A stretch of 40,692 nucleotides of DNA from Eremomyces bilateralis CBS 781.70 (lineage: Eukaryota), in assembly GCA_010015585.1 (NCBI GenBank), contig ML975151.1. One strand, given 5' to 3'. The translations under genes and the position numbers were made by a program. How positions within the stretch are numbered: position 1 is the stretch's first letter; every line of letters starts with the position of its first letter. Of this stretch, positions 9,930-20,451 are shown in pieces. The notes under the pieces were generated by a model. It made no database searches, had not been told where the DNA came from, and was given only the letters and a program-made list of their open reading frames with translations.

Positions 9930-11229
9930 GGGGCGACGGCGGCCAGAGCTCGATATGTACCCGACCAATGCCTGGCCGCCTGCTGCCTTCTCCCGGTTCC
10001 AGGAGCTGGGCAGTGACGACGAACAGGGTGTGGTGTTGAACCCCAAACGCAAGAGCAAGTTTGTTTCGGATGAGTTATTTTTCAATGATTTTGGGTCGCG
10101 GTTCCCGGTGGATATTAGAAGTCAGGATGAGGATCTGGCGTACGGTGATTATCATGGTTATTCGTTGGAGCCGGAGGAGTACGATGATTTGGTGGGCGGA
10201 ATTAGAGCGGACGATGAGGTGATGGTTCATCGCATCATGGAAAAGAGTTCGAGGGCCAAAGCAAAAGGGAGGGCCAATATCAGTCTGTCGACCGAGGAAA
10301 TCGATGCTCTCGAGCGCTGGAATCGGCCACGACGAAGAAAATCCTCGTCTCCTGAGCTACCATCCAACAGCAAGCGGAGCCTCAATGGAAGCCCCGGCAA
10401 TAGCGTTCGTTCACGGAAGAAATCTCAAAAATCCACTTCCTCGCAACAGAGCTCCAAGTCCAAACGATCCAAATCTAGCCGCCACGAAGACGACAATCTC
10501 ATCGACCCTCCGTACCCCTCCTCCGCCCGGCCACCCTCTTACCACATCCCCGTCGCTGGCGTCCAACCACCCATAAGTTACTACAACCCTAGCTCCTCCA
10601 ACCGCCGCTCCGCATCGTCTCCCACCCGACCTCGCTCCCGCTCCGACTCCCGGTCCATCTCCTCCACCCCCTCCCGCTCACGCGACACTCCACCTTCCAA
10701 CACCCGCTACCCTCCCCCCTCGGACTACCTCCGCCCCTCCTCCTCCCACTCCCCGATCCCCGACCACCCTGACGACCACTACGGTCGTTCCCGCGCCTCC
10801 TCCGCCGTCATGCCTGGCTACCCGCACGGCGTCCCTCTTGACCCCTTCGCCTACCAGATCGCCTCGTCGCCTGCAGCGCCACCGGGCGGTCCGCCCCCTG
10901 GCTACCCTCCCGGCCGGCGCATCGCGTCCGGGCCGCCCGACGTCGCGTACTCGAATGTGATGCGCCGCGTCCCGGTCCCGAACGCGACTGCGGCCGCGGC
11001 GAGGGGGCCGGTGAGCGCGTCGGATTCGGCGGGAGGGAGTCGGGCGGGGTGGAGGGAGAGGAGGAGCGAGTTGGGAAGGGAGATGGGGGAGGAGAGTGAG
11101 GAGACGAGTAGTGAGGACGACGATGAGGATCAGGGGGTGCAGGTGGATGTGCAGCGGATGAATGGTAGTGGGAGTTATGAGGCGCGGACAACAAAGGGGA
11201 ACAATGGATGGCAGCGGAGAAGACGTTGA
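9862..11229 (+). CDS. YIP3: -1 frame C-terminal extension of Yip3 (Ser/Pro/Arg-rich, likely disordered); long isoform about 626 aa
   Basis: Intronless ORF open from 9652 to 11229 in the -1 frame relative to YIP3; no room for its own promoter (first ATG after the YIP3 stop is at 9907). Contains ..RAKAKGRANISLSTEEIDALER and DPFAYQ blocks. Confidence 0.8.
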   Translation, partial: FRGGGLGGRPRTPHSMPPWGRPPGRRRPELDMYPTNAWPPAAFSRFQELGSDDEQGVVLNPKRKSKFVSDELFFNDFGSRFPVDIRSQDEDLAYGDYHGYSLEPEEYDDLVGGIRADDEVMVHRIMEKSSRAKAKGRANISLSTEEIDALERWNRPRRRKSSSPELPSNSKRSLNGSPGNSVRSRKKSQKSTSSQQSSKSKRSKSSRHEDDNLIDPPYPSSARPPSYHIPVAGVQPPISYYNPSSSNRRSASSPTRPRSRSDSRSISSTPSRSRDTPPSNTRYPPPSDYLRPSSSHSPIPDHPDDHYGRSRASSAVMPGYPHGVPLDPFAYQIASSPAAPPGGPPPGYPPGRRIASGPPDVAYSNVMRRVPVPNATAAAARGPVSASDSAGGSRAGWRERRSELGREMGEESEETSSEDDDEDQGVQVDVQRMNGSGSYEARTTKGNNGWQRRRR

Positions 11230-11410
11230 TTTGGAGGTCTGATTGTCGATTCTTTTGGGTTTGACGGAAGCCTTTTTTGGTTTCTGCGCTGGATACGGCA
11301 TGCCATTTTGGGACATCTGGGCAAAAAAGTAATACAAGCCTTTCCATTCGTACATCATCTAACCGTGTTATATGCGTGAATCGCTTCAGTTGCCCTACCA
11401 ATTCAACCCA

Positions 11411-12577
11411 TCACCTCACCCGAACCCCCACCCCAACACTCCCTGTCTCAAAACACTCCACCAACCCCGCCCCAAACACCTCTCCCAACACCCACTCAAA
11501 CTCCAACCCATACCACACCCTCCACTTCCTCGTCCTCCCCACCATCGGCCCCATATCCTCCCCCCGCTCCCGCCGCCTCTCCGCCGGCCCGTCCCCCTCC
11601 TTCGCCACCCCGCCATCCCACCGCTCCCTTAGCAACTCCATCGGCGCCTCCCGCACCTGCGCCCCCCCCTTCCCCAACAACCCCACCAACGCCTCCCGCG
11701 CCCCCTGCACGAACTTCAAATACGCCCCCGTATTCGGCAGCGAGAATGCATACACTTCCGCCGCCGCCTCCCGTCCGCCTGCGCCGCTGCTCCCCGCGGG
11801 GCTATACCCCTCCCCCGCCCCCACCGGGCCTCCCGACGCAATCGGCGCCTTCCCGCCCCTCCCCGCCGGTAACCCCAAGCGCAAAAAACTCCCCGCCCGC
11901 GACGGCCCCGCGCTATTCACCCGCGTCAAAAACCCCGCCTCCACCAACCGCCCCACTTCCTCCCTCCCCAACCCCGCCCGCCGCACATCCACCCGCACCT
12001 CCCCCGGATGCGCCTGCATCAGCGCGATATACTTCTCCTTCAATTCGTCCTCCAGCCCAGGATACTCCCTCACCACATCCACCCACCGCGCCTCCAGCAC
12101 AACGCCATGTCCGACCGAGCGCGCGCCCGCGCCGCGGCCGGGGATCTCGATTTTCCGTAAGGTGCCGCTGTGGAGGAGGCAGGAGAGTTCGCGGTCGAGG
12201 GAGGTGGGGGAGGGCGCGAGGGCGCGGAGGTGGGCGATGGAGATGAGGGGGGGGAGGGCGGCGCGAAAGGTGAGGAGGGTGGCGATCTGGGTGCTGGAGA
12301 GGCCGGTGCGGTGGGAGGGGAGGGGGGTGAACATGGTGGTGGTGAGGTGGGTGATGAGGGGGAGGGCGGTGGGGGTGGAGAGGGCGGTGGGGAGGTGGGT
12401 GAGGAGACCGTGGTTGGGGAGGGGGGAGGGGTGGTTTATGGTGGAGGAGGGGCGGAAGGGCGTGGTGGAGGGGGCGGCATTATGGGGTTGGCGGCCTCGA
12501 GGGGAGGAGGATTTGATGGGGGATTTGGTGTTGGATCGGTTTTTGGTTATTCGGCCGGGAGTGATGTTTAGAGGCAT
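11411..12577 (-). CDS. STK19-family (winged-helix) protein
   Basis: 388-aa ORF with LPNTGAYLKFV..AREAL, EAPMELLRERWDGG, GRTRKWR.WYGLEFEWVL.E.FGAGLVECFETGSVG, which I recognise as fungal Stk19-like C-terminal motifs. Confidence 0.75.
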   Translation of the reverse strand: MPLNITPGRITKNRSNTKSPIKSSSPRGRQPHNAAPSTTPFRPSSTINHPSPLPNHGLLTHLPTALSTPTALPLITHLTTTMFTPLPSHRTGLSSTQIATLLTFRAALPPLISIAHLRALAPSPTSLDRELSCLLHSGTLRKIEIPGRGAGARSVGHGVVLEARWVDVVREYPGLEDELKEKYIALMQAHPGEVRVDVRRAGLGREEVGRLVEAGFLTRVNSAGPSRAGSFLRLGLPAGRGGKAPIASGGPVGAGEGYSPAGSSGAGGREAAAEVYAFSLPNTGAYLKFVQGAREALVGLLGKGGAQVREAPMELLRERWDGGVAKEGDGPAERRRERGEDMGPMVGRTRKWRVWYGLEFEWVLGEVFGAGLVECFETGSVGVGVRVR

Positions 12578-13039
12578 ATATTCGAGGTGAGTTTGGAGAG
12601 GTTGGAGAACTTGATGTCGATGATGAAGTTGCGGGACATGTCAAGGACAAGTTATATGCATGACTCGTGAACAAGGATATCTACGCATGTTTTAAGTCAT
12701 GCATACCCACCCACCTAACGCCGCAGCTGCGGTGAGGTTCCTGTTCTATTGCTTTCAGAGTTCTGATGTTTTACCTTTGTCAGCGCCAAAGGGAGATGGT
12801 TTAAACTACAGGTTTGGTCAATTCAGTAGTTCGAGTCCTTGTGATAGTTTGAGTTCTTATGTTTTAGCGTCTCCAGGCGACCAGCGTTGTTGTTTTTATT
12901 CCAATGCTTCTATCAAAGCCGATATCTTCCCCTCGGTTGATATAACATTTCCAACGCACTGCTGCCCCTCTTCTATCGTTGTTGGCCTTTGGAAATTGAA
13001 GCTATGCCGGGCGAGTCAATGAATGAATACTAGATAGGG

Positions 13040-14322
13040 GCCAGCTGTTATCCGGAAGAGCATTCACTACATCAATGTGCAACGGACTTCTTGAGCTCCA
13101 TCAATTGGGAGATATCGTGATAGACCTGTGTTGACAGCGTCATGGAAGCACCCCACGTCTCAGTGAGAAGTTCTCTGTTGAGCATTTCAACCTAGTTCGG
13201 AAGATCGAATTTAATGACGGTACAGCTTGAGCTATAGGTTTCGGTTTCCTCAAATAGTGGAGGAGATTGACACTGCTCGGGAGGCGTTAACTAGCGAAGA
13301 TGCCATGAAAATCGAGATCGCGAGGACAAAGTATCTACAGTGTGTTTTTGGTCTTCATGTTTGCGTCATTTCAGGATTGACTGCATGATTCATCAAAGAG
13401 AGGACATCGATCCCCGTTCCTCATATCCATCACTACAATGTTTCTGCTCAGAAGGTCATGGGAGCACAGTCCATCATTATGGACTATGTCGACGGTCTTG
13501 TTGCTTTAGAACACCGAGAGCTCAAAATCAGCCCTCCCTTAACGTTCGGGACCCTGGAGCAAGATGAGAGCTTTCGAAAACAGATGGCTGGCATCCAAGT
13601 CCAGCTCTCCACCTACATCATTGACGAAATCGGCTGTCTGGCTCTTGACGATGAAGGCAACATAACTATTGGCCGGGATATTGAAACTTGCAAAGGGTCT
13701 TGGGCATCCGCCGTCGACTATTACAATGATGCTGCCGACCATGCCATCTCCGGGACTTTGCGAGAGATCGAGGATGATATGCTGCAGTCGAGGTCCAGGA
13801 CCTTCCCGTTGCTCTTTAAGGAGATAGTGAAACGGCGATGTCCTCGTTCCTCGGGGCCTTTCTGTTTAACAAATCGGGATTTTGGCGCCCATAACCTACT
13901 TAGTCGACGACAGTTTCAACATCATTGCTATGATAGATCTGGACGGTATAATGGCAGCTCCAATTGGGCCAGCCGCACAGCTTCCGCTCTATTCTGGCCA
14001 GCAGTGCGAAGTACCAGGCCATGTCCAAACGCGCCCGGCTATTATTGAACAAATCAAGCGAATCGCACCGAATCTACCCCGATACAAGCGCCTAATATTC
14101 GAACTGGAAAGATCTGTCTTCAAACAAATCCAAGAGCAGGGCGAGCCGGCCGAGTATATCCCACTCAGCTCATACATGCTGTCAGACACGGCAAGCGTAG
14201 TGCAGGGCCTGGCAGATTACAAGTCCCATCAAACCTCAGTCAGCGATAAATGGATGGACTGTTATGCGCGGCATTTAAAGGAGATTGACGGAGCTGTGAC
14301 TGTCAAACTGCGAAAAAACTAA
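13040..14322 (+). pseudogene. Aminoglycoside phosphotransferase/choline-kinase-like pseudogene
   Basis: FLSSINW, LSEKFSVEHFNLVRKIEFNDGTA* (TGA at 13228 where Trp is expected), TSIPVPHI, IIMDYVDG, NRDFGAHNLL|VDDSFNIIAMIDLDG with a +1 frameshift near 13900. Confidence 0.75.
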
Positions 14323-15005
14323 CCTTCCAATATAGAATGGCATGGTAATCTCTTAACCTAGATCTGTAGAAATGAGATCTCCTAGAGACGTTGAGGCGGA
14401 TCACCTATCCTTATTCCCCCTGTAGCCTATGGAGTACTACCGTTGAGGCGAAACTCAATCACTGGCCACTACTACCATCGGAATTCTGGAGAGAGTGATC
14501 TGTAAGAAGTCAAACTTTTTGGTAGGGTTAGGAACTTTTCCGGAATACTTTGGTACGGTGCGATCCGGAGTCCAGAGATCAACTTCCGCGAGCAATTGGT
14601 TTCGATAACAAAGTCCATGTCATTGTTCTGTTGATTCATGATTGTTCTCCAAGAGTGATGTCATTGGCCCACACACCCAGCCACCCTCCCAAGGCCAAAG
14701 CAGAGCTCGAAGGTCTTGTATTCCGCACTTGTAACAGCAATTACAATTCAAGTTCTGGTCCCGTGCCTCGTCTGACAAGAGGAAACCTCAGCACAGCATG
14801 AATGCAATGATCGTTTAATATGATCGTCCTTAGCATTTACACGGTCAACACAGATGTCGGCATAGAAACGAATCACCCACCACCAGAGTCCCTTCTTCAG
14901 GACAAGCCTACTCGGCCCTGAACTCGTCAGCGGAACACGCCGTATTGGAAGAAGATTGGTTGCAAGATCTGCACAAGACACAGACGGTTGCGTTCTACGA
15001 ACGAG

Positions 15006-16473
15006 ATGGAGCAAAATTCAACGAGGTCATATGCGGAAGCAGCCGCAACAGAGACAGAGAATGTCGAGGCCGATGGATACATGATGGACATGCGGACAGG
15101 ACATGAGGCTTCCCTGCCGAAAACACACACAAACCCAACCGAGACAGAAAAGGAGGACCGACCGAACGGAGATAAGGGGGGACCTCGAGTGAACGGGCAC
15201 ACCAACGGAGATGTCTTGGTGGAGCGACAAGTCAGTAGCGATATCGTATATGAGGAGCGGAGGAGTAGCAACGGCGAATCTCTCGCAACTATCCGGACGG
15301 ATGGCGCAGAGGACGATATATCCAAGGCAGTCCGTCGAGATGCACGAACACGACAGGTCCGGAGCGAACTCGTCAGTGGAAGGAAAGCTGGCGAGAACTG
15401 GGATCGAAGGTATGTCTATCTCAGGTATCCTCCAATATAATACTAATCTCCCCACCAGGATCCGCTGGGCACCGCTCAACGTCCCCCTTAAACGCCGCCT
15501 ACAAACCCTCATGGTCCTCCTCCATAGCCTCTCCATTATCATGATGGTCACCACCTTCTTCTTCCTCTGCGCCATCCCCCTCCTCTGGCCCATCATCGTC
15601 CCCTACCTCATATACGTCCTCCTCTCCAACGCCGGATCGTCCGGAGAACATTACTACCGCTCCGAGAGAATACGGCGGCTGCCGATCTGGTCGCTTTTCG
15701 CATCATACTTTCCCGCCCGACTCCACCGATCACACGTCCTGCCGCCCACCCGGAAATATATCTTCGGATACCACCCACACGGGATCATCAGCCACGGAGC
15801 GTTCGCCGCCTTCGCGACGGAGGCGATGGGATTTTCCCAGCTGTTCCCGGGCATCACCAACTCGCTGTTGACGCTTGATTCAAATTTCCGAATCCCCATC
15901 TATCGAGACTGGGCGCTGCGGCTCGGGATGGCGTCTGTCTCCCGCGAGTCGTGCGAGAATCTCCTTTCCAAAGGCGGCGTGAACAGCCACGGCATGGGTC
16001 GAGCCATCACGATCGTCATCGGCGGCGCGAGCGAGTCGCTCGATGCGGAGCCCGGGATCGTGCGATTGGTGCTGGCCCGGCGCCGGGGTTTCGTGAAACT
16101 GGCCATCCGAACTGGGGCGGATTTGGTGCCGGTGTTTGCGTTTGGAGAAAACGACCTCTATGAACAGGTTCGTCCGGCGGATCACCCGCTCCTCCACCAG
16201 TTCCAGATGCTCGTAAAGAAGATCTTGGGGTTCACGGTGCCCATCTTCCATGCGCGGGGGATTTTCAACTACGATGTCGGCATCTTGCCGTACCGGCGAC
16301 CGGTCAACGTGGTGGTGGGCAAACCTATCCAAGTACGGCAGCAGGAGAAGCCGGATGAAGCGTATGTACAGGAGTTGCATGACGAGTATACGCAGGAGCT
16401 CCGACGGATTTGGGATGATTGGAAAGACACTTTCTACAAGGACCGAGATGCGGAGTTGCAAATCGTCAGTTGA
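15006..16473 (+). CDS. DGA1: Diacylglycerol O-acyltransferase 2 (intron 15410-15458)
   Basis: IRWAPLNVPLKRRLQT, YFP, YIFGYHPHGIISHGAF, GGASESL, RRGFVKLAIRTGADLVPVFAFGEN, VVGKPI are DGAT2 motifs; the intron joins ORF 14988 to ORF 15211. Confidence 0.95.
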
Positions 16474-16545
16474 GTCGATTCTGTACATCTATTGTACTTC
16501 ATGTCTATGTTTGGTATCTTCTAGCACGTACTCCAGCAGTGCTTC

Positions 16546-17646
16546 TCAGGATATGGTCGTGATAGTGAGGGATCCGGGGCTTCCCTCTCCTTCTAAAATA
16601 ATGAACTTTTCCGCCTCTATTCTCTTCTTCCACTTGGATGACTCTTCTCGAGCAGTGACGACAGTCAGCCGTAGAACTAGGTCTATGTCAACTCCGTTTG
16701 TATTTGCCTCTGGGGCAGGCCCAATAGCCGTAAATGTCCATCTTCCGAATGCCCAGTTCAATATATACTCCTTAGGCAAGGGATGCGCAGGTGGAGGTTT
16801 ATTTCTGTCGTCATCAGAAGAAACAGGATGTACTTTGCACTTCAGAATGCCTTTAATCCTGTACACCTCTTCCCTAGGTGCGTCCTCCAGCAACTTGACC
16901 AATCTCCCAATATCGACTGCATCTTCGGATGACCCCGAGAGCGTGATCGACAGCACCTCCACCTCATTATGATGCTCACCGTGCCCATGCTCATGCCCAT
17001 GCTCCTCTGCCCCCCCCTTTTCCACCCCCAATCCCGCGAGCTTCGCATCAATCCCCAGCAACACATCCCGACTCACCCAACCCCGATCCGACTTCTCCTT
17101 CGGCGTATCCACCTCCAAATCCCCAATCCGATCCTCCACATCCTCGATCCGCCGCTCTCCCACGCCCTCCCACTTATTTAGCACGATCAAGTCCGTGTAC
17201 CGCGCCTGCAGCTTCGCCGTGACGCTCGTCTCCTCATACCCCTTCCAGTTCTCCACGTCGATCACGCTCACCACCCCGTCCAGCGCGAACGCCCCTGTCT
17301 CCCGCCCGATGCGGTTCACCTCCATCGCCAACGTCGCGGGGAACGCGCTGCCGGACGTCTCGATGATCACGCGGTCAGGATTAACGGAAGTGCGCAGCTC
17401 GAGGAGCGCGTCGGAGAGTTGTCCGACTAGATTGCAGCAGATGCAGCCATTGAGAATCTCGCGGACGCCGGAGATGGAGGAGGCAGAGGCGAGTTGGGAG
17501 TCGACGGCGACGTCGCCAAATTCGTTCTTGAGGAGCGCGATGCGGTAGGTGGGGGGGAGTTGGGGGATGAGGTGGAGGATGAGGGTGGTTTTGCCGGCGC
17601 CGAGGAAGCCGGTGATGATGGTCACTGGGATGGGGGAGGTGGCCAT
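16546..17646 (-). CDS. CobW/COG0523 G3E GTPase (Zng1-like metallochaperone)
   Basis: ITGFLGAGKTT Walker A, NEFG, GCICC metal motif, IIETSG, LNKWE, His-rich HGHEHGHGEHH, YRIKG of CobW_C. Confidence 0.9.
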   Translation of the reverse strand: MATSPIPVTIITGFLGAGKTTLILHLIPQLPPTYRIALLKNEFGDVAVDSQLASASSISGVREILNGCICCNLVGQLSDALLELRTSVNPDRVIIETSGSAFPATLAMEVNRIGRETGAFALDGVVSVIDVENWKGYEETSVTAKLQARYTDLIVLNKWEGVGERRIEDVEDRIGDLEVDTPKEKSDRGWVSRDVLLGIDAKLAGLGVEKGGAEEHGHEHGHGEHHNEVEVLSITLSGSSEDAVDIGRLVKLLEDAPREEVYRIKGILKCKVHPVSSDDDRNKPPPAHPLPKEYILNWAFGRWTFTAIGPAPEANTNGVDIDLVLRLTVVTAREESSKWKKRIEAEKFIILEGEGSPGSLTITTIS

Positions 17647-17905
17647 TGTGTTGGAATGGTCATGGAGGTAGATGTATTAGTGATTGAGTATTCAATTGCG
17701 CGTGCCTCGAGGGTGAAATTCGTTGATCGGCCTTCACATTTGAACAATGAGGCTCTAGCCTGTTAGTGGGGCGGGATTGTGGATATCTACCCCCGCATCG
17801 TCATCAAAAGCCGCCGCCCCTCCATTATTATATTTGATATTTCACACGCAGTAAACATACCATTATCCGGAATTTAAAGGACAGGATCTAGCATTGTGAA
17901 TTGTC

Positions 17906-19228
17906 TTACAATTTAGATCTACCCACCGAAGTACGTGTGCCATCAGCATTCAACGCGACCACTGGGCTCTCTGGTCTTTTGACAATGGTCCCATCCGGCC
18001 TAAACCCTTCTACTCCCCCCAACGTCGCCGTCACACGATATCCGCACGCCTGCTTCATCTTAGCCGTCATCCTCGCCTCCACCTCAGGCGTCACGCTCAA
18101 CGTGAAGTTCTCTTGCGGCCTGACGAAATGCCGGACATAGAACTGCAGGATGACTGGCCGCTCCCCTCCTTGAGCAATATTTGGTCCCGTTGCATGCCAC
18201 ACTCGGCTTTCGAACACGAGACACGTCCCCGCAGGTCCGCTGGCGAAGGTCGTCCCTGCGTTATCGAAGAGATTGTCCGGTGCAACCAGGCCGTTGTGGC
18301 TTTGAGGGAGGATCCGAGTGCCGCCGTTCTCCTCGTTCACATCGCAGAGAAACCACATCAGATTGAGCCCCAGCGGGAACTGTGGGACCGCAGGATTTAT
18401 CGTGATCTGGTCGGTGTGCATGCCCATTCCGTTGCTCCCAGGGCGGTTGATGTTGGCCGTGTAGGACGATAAGTGGTACCCGTCACCGAGCGTCTCCGGC
18501 ATGAACTCTTCCACCAAGGGATGTTCGAGGAGATCGAGGAACTCCTGGCCCTTGTTTGGTAGGTTCCAGATGCGCTGATTTGGCTTCTTGGGACCTCCGT
18601 CGAAATACGCGACACCGGCTTTGGCTTCTCCTTCCGCTTGGTCTTTCAGTCGTTTCTGTAAGCCCGCAAGCTGCGGAGGAGATAGGGCATCTTTCACGAA
18701 CCCGTAGCCGAACTCTTTAACATCTCTCCTAACCTGTTCGAGATCCGCCGTCGGCTGAGGGAGTCTGCCGTAGCTGGACGAGTGGGGTGGACTCGCCGGT
18801 TGAATCGGAGAAAGCGCATCGGCAAATTTAACCCCCAGCCTGGAGTCTCCAGTCGAGCTAATATGGTTGAAATGGTGGCCGTAGCGGCAGTCCATGAGGC
18901 CCTGAATGAGGTGCAGCACGGTCTGGGGTCGCATCCGTATCGACACATCTGGTTTGCCTTGACATTGTTCTCGGATGGTGGCCTGTCCATTCCGTGCATC
19001 GATGAAGATATGCGGATGGCCTGAAGTGAGGTCCAGTTCGATCAAGGCCCTAAGCTCCGCGACCTTCGGAAGCTTCTCCGTGATGGCTGAGACTGCAGCG
19101 TCATACTCGGCCTTTGTAGCGGCGCTTTTGTTATCAATCGGATTGCCAAAGTTGGCATGGTCAATATCTTGGACATCACCCCCCGAGGTGGATCCTTTCA
19201 TTCCTTGTTGAGAGTTCCGAGTATACAT
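17906..19228 (-). CDS. Peroxisomal SCP2-domain / phytanoyl-CoA dioxygenase (PhyH, Fe/2OG) fusion protein
   Basis: N-terminal IFIDARNG..KPDVSIRM..LIQGLMD..GDSRLGVKF (SCP2-like); C-terminal FGYGFVKDALS, NQRIWNL, MHTDQ (HxD), ENGGTRILPQSH, RVWHATG; ends in SKL. ATG at 19228 chosen; the start could be slightly downstream. Confidence 0.8.
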   Translation of the reverse strand: MYTRNSQQGMKGSTSGGDVQDIDHANFGNPIDNKSAATKAEYDAAVSAITEKLPKVAELRALIELDLTSGHPHIFIDARNGQATIREQCQGKPDVSIRMRPQTVLHLIQGLMDCRYGHHFNHISSTGDSRLGVKFADALSPIQPASPPHSSSYGRLPQPTADLEQVRRDVKEFGYGFVKDALSPPQLAGLQKRLKDQAEGEAKAGVAYFDGGPKKPNQRIWNLPNKGQEFLDLLEHPLVEEFMPETLGDGYHLSSYTANINRPGSNGMGMHTDQITINPAVPQFPLGLNLMWFLCDVNEENGGTRILPQSHNGLVAPDNLFDNAGTTFASGPAGTCLVFESRVWHATGPNIAQGGERPVILQFYVRHFVRPQENFTLSVTPEVEARMTAKMKQACGYRVTATLGGVEGFRPDGTIVKRPESPVVALNADGTRTSVGRSKL

Positions 19229-20451
19229 GGCTAATGATACTTGGTAGTGCACTGCTATTTCAGTGGGATGACGGAACAGCTTGATGAAAACGAGCAAACT
19301 TTGACTTGCAGGCGGAAAAAAGGACTTAAACAGACCACATAACAACTGCACTACCTATTCTAATGCTTATGGGTAGCCGTCATATACGTTCGTAGCACTG
19401 GGCTGTCGTATTACCGAAAAGGTGGGGTTTGGATTCAAGAGAGGAGTTGTATGAGGGGCACCCATTTAAGGCATTCCGAAAGCCAGTGGGATCTTCTTCA
19501 CTGCGTGACGATCAATTTGTCTTTCATACCTTATGCAGCAGCAGTATCCGCTTCAATGACTATGGCATGAACTTTTCGAGAGTGTCGTAAATAGGAGGAG
19601 GTCAAGTTGTGATGAGACCTCCATGTCCAGTCTGTCGCAGGGCCTACGGAGACCAGTCTGGTCCTCAATTTTCATGCCAGATTGATACTTATGCCCCGCT
19701 ATCTCCACTCATTCCGGTCATTTGGTACGTACCAGACTAATTAGCAAGACGAGTAGGGAGCCAGCGACGCGGAGTGTGGAGAGTATCGTCCGAAATCAGT
19801 AGTATTGACAATTGAGCCTCTTCCAGGGATCGCCCAAAGCTCTATCCATATATGAACCGGAGGCGATCCAGAAGCTGAAGGGGATCTGATTTCCATATTA
19901 GCGCATTGAGCCATTGGAATCAACTGGGCGGATCCAGCTGGAATGTTCCCTGATGTGCATTCCGACGCTCCGCCCAGATCTGCCGGCGCGATCGAGCCGA
20001 AACTAGTGCAGTTAGGTGCGCAGGAGCGGCAGGATGATTCGGTGCCGCCGTGGGCTATGAGTCTGGTTCCTCTAATAAGAGCAGATTTACTGGCATGGTT
20101 ACGCGAAGTTGGGAACACTGGCTTCATGGCTTGGGACTGGGTGAGGTGGTTGTGCACTCGCCGAGGGGCAGTGCAGGGTATCACGTCACGGACGGGAACT
20201 GCGACAGAAACAGCAAACAGGACTTGATGGTGGAAGGCACAGGGGTCTAAATACTATCCAATGACCCCTCCACTCCCTTTGTTTGTTGGGAAGATTTACT
20301 ATCAACTTTCACCCCACTTCAATCGTTCCTAACAGAACCACATCCTTTTCCTATTCTCGAACGATTCAATCAGTCCAGTATGTCTAAAGCCCTCTACAGG
20401 GAACACTGATTCTAACATGACTTTGACGTAGTACATCCATCTACCAGCACC

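Noticed and set aside
11277..12590. 437-aa plus-strand ORF
   Set aside because: Antisense shadow of the GC-rich STK19-like gene; low complexity with no motifs.
13899..13905. In-frame CTT-AGT-C at the APH-like frameshift, resembling yeast EST3/Ty1 +1 frameshift heptamers
   Set aside because: The gene also has an upstream nonsense codon (TGA 13228), other frame breaks and an altered catalytic loop, and the yeast mechanism depends on a Saccharomyces-specific Leu tRNA set. A simple pseudogene indel is more likely.
19400..20330. ORFs of 66-147 aa in the divergent intergenic region
   Set aside because: No homology cues or codon bias; treated as promoter DNA.
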